A stretch of 64,000 nucleotides of DNA from Paraspadella gotoi (Eukaryota; Animalia; Chaetognatha). A program made the position numbers and the translations under genes. Shown here piece by piece: positions 1 through 64,000 of this stretch. Below the pieces are notes generated by a model. That model saw only the letters and a program-made list of their open reading frames with translations, searched no databases and had not been told where the DNA came from. The DNA is taken from positions 15,625,103 to 15,689,102 of the forward strand of contig CM119268.1 in the NCBI GenBank assembly GCA_051294375.1. The letters run 5' to 3'. The stretch's first letter is position 1, and each line of letters opens with the position of its first letter.

Positions 1-143
1 AATAGAGGTATAAAGACTAAGCGAAATAAACTCTCCGTGTCAATTATGAAAATAAAAACTATTAGTAATTTAGTAACTATTCAAAGACAGTTAATGACTG
101 ATTACGATTTAGACTCAAATAAGAGAAGAGTGATGATCCTCAC

Positions 144-55505
<55,362 letters not shown>

Positions 55506-56279
55506 GGAGGAGGCCGACCGACGAGGGGCGAAGGGGAACCGAAAACACCCGGAGACCCGCGCGGGGATAAGAGCGGGGATCATTGCCGGAGAGAGGGGAA
55601 TACAAAAGGGGGAAGTGATCCGAGTGGGCGGGGGTTGGGGGGGGTTTTGGGGGGGGGATGAGGGATATTCCGTCGGGGAACGAAGCGTGAAAAAAGCGTC
55701 ACGAATGAATGGAACTCATCGCAACGTTGAATCCCAAATAGAGTAGACGGAGAGATTGGCGCTGTGAGAAAAGTTTCAATGAAAGGTTAGGAGGCAATTC
55801 GTTTGGTAAGAATTATCAATATCAAAGGAAATATTGCAGGATTTTAAATTTTAAACCCGATCTTTTTTTTTTATGTTCAATACATTTGTGCCTTTCCAAA
55901 TGTTTTCTTTTCTAAACGCCCGATATCAATCCCATTCTCGTTGATGATCAGAAATTCCCTCACCCACTAGAACTTTTTCAGCTGGAGCCTCACCCTCTCC
56001 CTCTGGAGAGAGTTTTCTTTTATTGTCTCGCTCCTAAATAAAGCATGGAAGCACGTGAAATTGACCAGAAAAGGAAACCAAAAGGACTTGCCAAGAATTT
56101 TTGCGGAGAATCAGAGATGAAGAGCGTTTTCAAAAAAGCTTAGCTAAAATTCCGCAACAGTAAAAAGTCCTAAGACTGAGGGTAAATTTCTCCCACCCCT
56201 TTTTTTTTTACACCGTATATATATCAAAAGGAAATTCCTTCTTTTGCTTGACTAGAAAGAAAAAAATAGGTAACATTAC

Positions 56280-56385
<106 letters not shown>

Positions 56386-56694
56386 TTTGTATCGTCATTA
56401 TGAGAGAATATTAAAAAAAAGCCATCTACGAAAATCCGGCAGGAAATCTTTTTTTTCCCGCGAATGGAATTTCATAATTTTTTTAATCCGAGTCGGAATC
56501 AAATCCACCGAAGGGCAAGTCCACGAGTCGATGGGGAAGATTGTCGTTTACTTTAATATTTAGTTTCTAAATTTTTTTTAAAAAAATTTAAAGTTTGTCA
56601 ATGTTTGTCTCGATCGCTTTCTTTCCCGGCGGAGATCGACGAAAAAGGACGACGTCTTAGGAACGAATTCCGACTGTGAGAACTTCGAACCCGT

Positions 56695-56726
<32 letters not shown>

Positions 56727-57882
56727 ATTCACGATCACAGTCGTCGCACTCGTCGAATTCAAGATCTCTGCCTCGTCGCCGTTTTCGTCGCGGTCATCGG
56801 CATCGTCGTCTTAATCGTCGTCTTCATCGTCATCCTCGAACCATCGTCGTTGCTGGCGTCGTTGCTATGTCCCTAACGTTACGATACCGAACCGAATGTT
56901 GTTGGAAAACTATCACGTTAATCGTTGCAATTACAATCGTCGCCGTTGTAGTCATCGGCACCATCGACAAAAGCCCTCGTCGTCATAAACGTCTTTGCCA
57001 ACGTCGTGAAAGTTTTCGGATGTCCGCCAATAGGCAATCGGCTGCGGCTGCGGGGGAAACTCCGACCGTAACGCAGCTGCAGCTTCTTCGCGGCGGCGAC
57101 TTCTGCCGCGGCTGTGAGGAAAGGTTTCGAAGAAACCTTCGAATACGTTAAACTTCGAGATAAATATGTTTGATTTTATCATTATTTTGTAAGATATTAC
57201 TGAAATCCGTGTCGAGCCATTTTTTGAAATCTGTCGTAGGGAAAAGAATTGTAGCCAGGCAGGTTAGGAAAAGATAGGGTTTCCATTTAATAACGTTGGA
57301 CCTCAACAGTGTATTATCGCGGACAACTGAATACACTACCCCGTATATTTGGACATTAACGATGCTAATATGATGCGTGAGATAATTTGATAAATCGTAG
57401 TTTAATCGACGCAAGATTTTTATTCTGTTGAAATCATCCACCAGAATTCGTGGGAACGCGAACGGCGTTTTAGCGACTCAAAGTAACACTTAGCATCGCA
57501 AAATGAAAATATGGACTGAGGCTATTTCATCAAATAAATATCTATCACTTTACTTTGTAGTTGGAGCATATTGTATCTGACTGTAGATATTATGATATCT
57601 ACTCTCTACGAATTAACATCTCGCCCAAGTCGGGCATTCGCCCGTCTGGCGATATAAAAATATTCAATAAATTTATTCCAAAAAAGAAAATAACCTGTAA
57701 TATTGACAAAACACAAGAACGTCATAATCGTAAAGTACTCAAGAAAATTATTTTCGAGATTCATATCGTTTCGTTTCTAAAAAGATAAAAAAGTTGACGA
57801 GTTAGGTTGGTATACACAAGTAAGTGTCTTTTGAATTTGGATGTCGCTTTTCAGTTTTTTTCGATAGAGACCTCACCTCACA

Positions 57883-58055
57883 ATTCCCTTCGCGATGAAG
57901 ACGACTTCGCCGAATGGGATTGCGCGCCCGGGTCTTCCGGCGGCATCTGCTGCGGATGCAGCTTCGGTAGCGAAGGCGACGCTGGCGGCGTCGGCGACGA
58001 GGAAGAACCAGTCGGCGAAGGCGTCAACTTGAGGATCGAGTTTTCAGCCGCTGCC
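57883..58055 (-). CDS. Isolated Pro/Ser-rich exon of an unidentified gene
   Basis: ctgcag| acceptor; one open frame AAAENSILKLTPSPTGSSSSPTPPASPSLPKLHPQQMPPEDPG..RRE; gtgag donors at the end; GC-rich island. May continue into the GC-rich 56690-57150 stretch. Confidence 0.4.
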
Positions 58056-58199
58056 TGCAGTTGTATGATCGAGGGAGAACGAAGATCAGGAAAATAATTT
58101 TAAAGAAACCAAAAGCGAAATAATTAAGACACTTCTCGGGCGGTTGGTCGGTAGGTCGGACTGTCTGCCTTTTAATCTGTCCCTTTTATATTTTAAATG

Positions 58200-58915
58200 C
58201 TCATTAAAAGGCGTAAGTTGGAAAGTTTTCATACGAAATTCTAAATGTCAATTATGACAACATACCATCAGTGAACATTAATTTGTAAAAAAAATAATTT
58301 TATGTTTTTTTATTTGCAGCCAAGCTATATTTATATATAGTACTATCCTTATTAAAATTGAAAATTTCAAAATAGGCTTTTCTTAATTTTGATTGCAGAT
58401 TTGAATTCCTCGTCAAAAGTTGATAAAAGAAAATATAAATTATGTTTTTAAAATTCTTTCATTAAGTGGGTTAAAAATTACAAAAACTATATTTAATATA
58501 TATAAAAGTAATTTTCAGCTTAAAATATAGCTTTTTCTAATTTTTGACCCACTTAATGAAGGAATTTTTTTAAAAAGAGTTATATTTCTGATTAAGAAAC
58601 GTCGAATTTGGATCAAGTGCAGTTATTTTTTTTTCTTTAAACAGTGGCATGTGATGACTCTACAAACTTAGTTATATTCTTTTTTATCAACTTTTTATGA
58701 CGAATCCAAATCTGCAAAAAATCTTAGAAAAACTGTTTGAAATTTTAACATTTATTTGGATTAGTACTAGTATAAATATGGCCTACTGCGTAAATTGTAA
58801 AATTTATTATAAATTTTTTTTATACATAAATGTTCATTAGTATAATGTTGTTCGTTCCTCACTTTAGAATTTTAATTAAAGTTAAATTTAGAAATTTTAC
58901 TACGCTTAATGCTCA
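58200..58915. repeat. Long imperfect inverted repeat (foldback/MITE-like) with nested inner hairpin
   Basis: tgcagatttgaattcctcgtcaaaagttgataaaag (~58394) pairs with ttatcaactttttatgacgaatccaaatctgca (~58684). Arms extend outward. Inner pair cattaagtgggttaaaaatta / taatttttgacccacttaatg. Confidence 0.75.
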
Positions 58916-59155
58916 TACCTTGCACTTCACTTATTAAAAAAATAAGTTACTCTTACTTTCATGTATGGTAATTAATCCTTCAAGTTTATTTCTGGAGCTA
59001 AAGTGAGAATTCGGTGAAAAGAACGAATATAACTATGTGATTAAATTAAGGATAAAGTTTAATAAAATAAAAAAAAATTATTACCAATGAAAGAAAAAAA
59101 AATGCTTTGTTTGGTAAGTAAAGTTTTATTACATGTTATTAGTTCTTATTATTAC

Positions 59156-62100
59156 CTTCTTAAAATGATGCAATTTCCCCTCCCCTGGAGTTGCAACATT
59201 TGAGTCCAACATTCTTTGAGTTATTGATTTAGTCGAGCTTGAGGTTGTGGACCCTTTCGTTGTTGGGGTTGAAGTGCTTTGGGCTGGATTAGTTGTGGTT
59301 GCTGCTGAAGTGGTTGGTGTTGTTGTTGACTCTTTATCTGAAGTCGTTTCAGCAGAAGTTGATAAAATTTTGGCTGATGTTGCCATACTTGAGGTTGTGG
59401 ACCCTTTCATTGTTGGGGTTGAAGTGCTTTGGGCTGGATTAGTTGTGGTTGCTGCTGAGGTGGTTGGTGTTGTTGTTGACTCTTTAACTGATGTCGTTTC
59501 AACAAAAGTTGATGAAGTTTTGCCTGATGTTTCTGTACTTGAGGTTGTGTACCCTTTGGTTGTTGGGGTTGAAGTTCTTTGGGCTGGATTAGTTGCTGTT
59601 GCTCCTGAAGTGGTTGGCGTTGTTGTTGACTCTTTAACTGATGTCGTTTCAGCAGAAGTTGATGAAGGTTTGGCTGATGTTGCCATACTTGAGGTTGTGG
59701 ACACTTTGATTGTTGGGGTTGAAGTGCTTTGGGCTGGATTAGTTTGCAGTTTTGGCTGCTGAAGTGGTTGGCGTTGTGTTGGACATCTTAACTATGTGTT
59801 TCAGCAGAAGTTGTGATGAAGTTTGACAGATGTTTCCCTACGTTGGTGTTTGTTTTTGCTTTGGTCTGGGTTTGTTTGATTTTTACCTGTTTGTAGTTTC
59901 AACAGAAGTTGTTGTGATGAAGTCTTTGACTGATGTTGCCATACTTGAGTTTGGTGGACCCTTTGGTTGTTGGGGTTGAAGTGCTTTGGGCTGGATTAGT
60001 TGCAGTTGCTGAAAGTGGTTGGCGGTTGTTGTTGACTCTTTAACTGATGTCGTTTCAGCAGAAGTTGGTGATGAAGTTTTGACAGATGTTTCCCTACTTG
60101 GTGTTGTTTTGCTTTGGTCTGGGTTTGTTGATGTTTTACCTGTTGTGTTTCAACAGAAGTTGTTTGATGAATTTTTGGCTGATGTTGCCATACTTGAGTT
60201 TGTGGTCTTTTGAGTTTTTGGTGTTGTTTTGCTTTTGGGCTGGATTTGTTGATGTTTTAGCTGTTGGAGTTTCACAGAAGTTGTTGATGAATTTTTGGCT
60301 GATGTTGCCATACTTGAGTTTGTGGTCTTTTGAGTTTTTGGTGTTGTTTTGCTTTGGGCTGGATTTGTTGATGTTTTACCTGTTGGGGTTTCAACAGAAG
60401 TTGTTGATGAATTTTTGGCTGATGTTGCCATACTTGAGTTTGTGGTCTTTTGGGTTTTTGGTGTTGTTTTGCTTTGAGTCTGGATTTGTTGATGTTTTAG
60501 CTGTTGGAGTTTCAACAGAAGTTTGTTGATGAATTTTTGGCTGATGTTGCCATACTTGAGTTTGTGGTCTTTTTGAGTTTTTTGGTGTTGTTTTGTTTTG
60601 GGCTGGATTTGTTGAAGTTTTTACCTGTTGTATTTTCAACAGAAGTTGTTGATGAATTTTTGGCTGATGTTGCCATACTTGAGTTTGTGGTCTTTTGAGT
60701 TTTTGGTGTTGTTTTTGCTTTAGCTGGATTTGTTGATGTTTTATTCTGTTGGAGTTTCAATAGAAGTTGTTGATGAATTTTTGGCTGATGTTGCCATACT
60801 TGAGTTTGTGTCTTTTGAGTTTTTGGTGTTGTTTTGCTTTGGGCTGGATTTGTTGATGTTTACCTGTTGGAGTTTCAACAGAAGTTGTTGATGAATTTTT
60901 GGCTGATGTTGCCATACTCGAGTTTGTGGTCTTTTGAGTTTTTGGGTGTTGTTTTGTTTTGGGCTGGATTTGTTGAGTGTTTTACCTATTGAAGTTTCAA
61001 CAGAAGTTGTTGAAGAATTTTTGGCTGATGTTGCCATACTTGAGTTTGTGGTCTTTTGAGTTTTTTGGTGTTGTTTTGCTTTGAGCTGGATTTGTTGATG
61101 TTTACCTGTTGGAGTTTCAAACAGAAGTGTTGAGGAATTTTGGCTGATGTTGCCATACTTGAGTTTGTGTCTTTGAGTTTTTGGTGTTGTTTTGCTTTGA
61201 GCTGGATTTGTTGATGTTTTAGGCTGTTGGAGTTTAACAGAAGTTGTTGATGAATTTTTGGCTGATGTTGCCATACTTGAGTTTGTGGTCATTTGAGTTT
61301 TTGGTGTTGTTTTTGTTTTGGGCTGGATTTGTTGAAGTTTTACCTGTTGTAGTTTCAACAGAAGTTGTTGAAGAATTTTTGGCTGATGTTGCCATACTTG
61401 AGTTTGTGGTCTTTTGAGTTTTTGGTGTTGTTTTTGCTTTGAGCTGGATTTGTTGATGTTTTACCTGTTGGAGTTTCAACAGAAGTTGTTGATGAATTTT
61501 TGGCTGATGTTGCCATACTTGAGTTTGTGGTCTTTTGAGTTTTTGGTGTTGTTTTGCTTTGGGCTGGATTTGTTGATATTTTACCTGTTGGAGTTTCAAC
61601 AGAAGTTGTTGAAGAATTTTTGGCTGATGTTGCCATACTTGAAATTGAGATTTTTTGAGTGGTTTTGGTAGTGTTTGCTGTGAAACTATTTGTAGTTCTT
61701 ATTGATTCATTACCCGATGTAGTTCTAGCAGATATCGATTGATTTTTCTGATACATTTTTCTGTGTTGTTGTTAGTGAAGCAATAGTTACAGTTACAGAG
61801 CTGTTCATTGATGAGTTTTCTGTTTTATTACTGGTTGTTTTGATAGGAGTTGTAGTAGCTGTCAAAAATAAGATATTTAGTTTAAAAAAACAAAGAACCA
61901 ATAAAGTGGTGTTTTTGCAGAAACTTTAAGCATTAATATAAGTTTAAGCTTTTATCTTTCAAACAGTGCCCTAAAGAGTTAGCAATAGGGAGCAGTTGCC
62001 AAGGAGTTATGTTCTCATTTTCATTCGCTAAGCCAGCAGTAATATCTAAAAATGCCATTTGTATATTTTAAATACATAATTACTTAATTAAAGGGATTGT

Positions 62101-63521
62101 AGTAACAACTAACAAGGAAGTTTATGATAATCTTTGGTTTTATATGTGCTCTTTTAAATCAGTGGTGCTAAAGATTTTTTTTACCTGTAGCTATGTTTTT
62201 GGGGGCGGAGCCTGTAAACAAATGTTATTGGTTTAATTAAGTTGCCCATTGCTTTACAACCATTACAAAGCTTCATTTTTCACCTATGCAGAAGAAACCA
62301 GGCCATTCCCACATGTCTCCAAAAAGTTTATGACATTCCATTACTACAAAAGCTTCATTTTTAATTATCTTGCTGTTGTACTAAAAGGAAGTATTTTTAA
62401 ATTATAAATTGAGTTCCTAAAGCATGGGTTCATGATTCATTTGTTGCTAATAATAAGATTCTAACCTCTAATTCAGCTTTGGGATCTTTACAAGAGACGC
62501 GAACACGGTTCTGCCGTAAAATTTGAGATATAACGCTGAATATTACATTAAAAGATAAATTAAATTATTAATTTCGGATCTTGACTACAGTATTTATTCA
62601 AGGCTTCTCGTACTTGTCATCCAACACGGCGTATTTATTTACTACTTTCGCCTGGAACCTCTCTTTTTGGTGTCTATAATCGCACATGCAGGCAAGTTCT
62701 TCCACGTTAGTATCGGCTGGGTAACCAAGATCTACTTCGGATTTGCCTAGGTAAGAATCGATTTAAAAAATCTTAAAAGAATAGGATCGAGCCTCCCTTC
62801 AATGATAACCAAATATTGATGCGATGTATTGATAACCAAATGATTGATGCGATGATAACCAAATGATTGATGCGATGATAACCAAATGATTGATGCGATG
62901 ATAACCAAATATTGATGCGATGATAACCAATAATTGATGCGATGATAACCAAATGATCGATGTGATGATAACCAAATGATTGATGTGATAATAACCAAAT
63001 GGTTGATGCGATGATAGTCATTCATTGATGTGATGATAATCATTCATTGATACGATGATAGTCATTCATTGATGCGATGTTAGTCATTCATTGACGCAAT
63101 GAATCATTCATTATAAATAAAACAAACAAATGCGTGTATGAGTGAAAGAGAGAGAGAAAAGAGAGAGAAGAGAGAGTGAGAGAAGAGAGAGAGAAAGAAA
63201 GAGAATAAATCCACAAAAAATCTCAGATATAAATTGGGATTTTGCATTGAGAAAAAAGCGCAGAATAAATGGCGATAATAAAAGTTTTTAAAAGGAAAAA
63301 AAAATAATCAAAATTTTTTCAAAAAAACGATCACGCAAGAGATCGTACAGAGAGAGAGAGAGAGAGAGACAGAGAGAGAAGAACAGAGAGAGACAGAGAG
63401 AGACAGAAAAGCTGAAAGCCGCTGGAAGGCAGCTGAACAGTAACTGCAGAGCCTGAACTCGTTTTAAAGGGTTCAGAAAAAGCAGCAACTGACAACTTGA
63501 ATAAAGGGACAAGTGCCGCAC
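59156..63521 (-). CDS. Mucin-like extracellular protein: small Cys-containing exons followed by a large Thr/Ser tandem-repeat exon
   Basis: Candidate exons ~63521-63420 (PFKTSSGSAVTVQ), ~62746-62640, ~62535-62467 (VRVSCKDP), ~62380-62284 (MECHKLFGDMWEWPGFFCI), 62211-62185, and 61859-59156 (PTS repeats, frameshifted by indels). The 5' end is probably off-window. Confidence 0.65.
59240..61642 (-). repeat. Coding tandem repeat: ~150-bp units (59240-~60060) and ~120-bp units (~60060-61642)
   Basis: Recurrent ttggctgatgttgccatacttgag anchor. Units encode ~50 aa (SSMATSAK..KESTTTPTTS..NPAQSTST) and ~40 aa (TNSSMATSAKNSSTTSVETPTGKTSTNPAQSKTTPKTQKT). Confidence 0.92.
62802..63110. repeat. Minisatellite, ~23-bp unit GATGATAACCAAATGATTGATGC
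   Basis: About 9 clear copies decaying into a gatgatagtcattcattgatg variant. Confidence 0.9.
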
Positions 63522-64000
63522 CTATTTTTGTTGCATTTTTGTATATTAAGATTTTACAGCCATAGTGATAACAGAAGAAAGTGACAAAGTTATGAAATAT
63601 TATAGTAATATTATTCATATTTTATTTTCAAGTAATATTGAAAAAGGAAAATACCATTAAGATTAAAATCGGGAACATTTCCATGCTCCGCCAGCATTAA
63701 TAATCAAGGTACTAAAAATTTATGAAAATTTTCAATTACTTGTTTCAACTATTTTTTATTTTTTATTTTATATTTTATGAAAGATTTACCATTTAATCTA
63801 TATTCTTTAAATATATATATATTGGCTTTCTTAAAAATTTTTACTTTATCATTATATCTAATAACTCATTTTGGGAATGGATGTCAGTGTTGTCTTCTGG
63901 AAATAGAGGGAGCATCTACAATATATTTTTTTTTATTTAGTAACAGTGTAAAAGACTGGAAAACTAAACTATGTAAAAACTAAACTACATATTGAAATTC

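Noticed and set aside
57619-57657. GC-rich hairpin cgggc-attc-gcccg with an outer tcgcc/ggcga stem
   Set aside because: Single short hairpin with no CTRR end or second copy to support a Helitron or RNA call.
59240-63110. Regular repeats superficially like a CRISPR array
   Set aside because: Whole units repeat with no unique spacers, the context is eukaryotic and there are no cas genes; these are mucin repeats and a minisatellite.

Overview
AT-rich, intron-rich invertebrate (metazoan) genomic DNA from a draft assembly with N gaps and indel-rich, apparently long-read-filled segments. Most of the window (about 144-55505, minus strand) is one laminin alpha-1/2-type gene: signal peptide, LN, LE, L4a, LE, L4b, LE, coiled coil and the start of LG1, running off the left edge. 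Two opposite-strand genes sit in its introns: a clean 10-exon class A GPCR with a very large Pro/Ser-rich ICL3, and an unknown small membrane protein. The most unusual signal is a set of frame-preserving candidate extra exons in the laminin carrying furin-type sites. Two of them lie 53 kb apart and share the motif PRR[IV]KR/FLW[AG][YF]G, and a third is a ~1.9 kb mucin-like exon. Other features are a hammerhead-ribozyme core capping a ~40 bp hairpin, a large inverted duplication bounded by two 25-N gaps (probably a gap-filling artefact or alternate haplotype), decayed retroelement relics, a foldback element and a tandem-repeat mucin gene at the right end. All exon models were read by eye; no searches were run.
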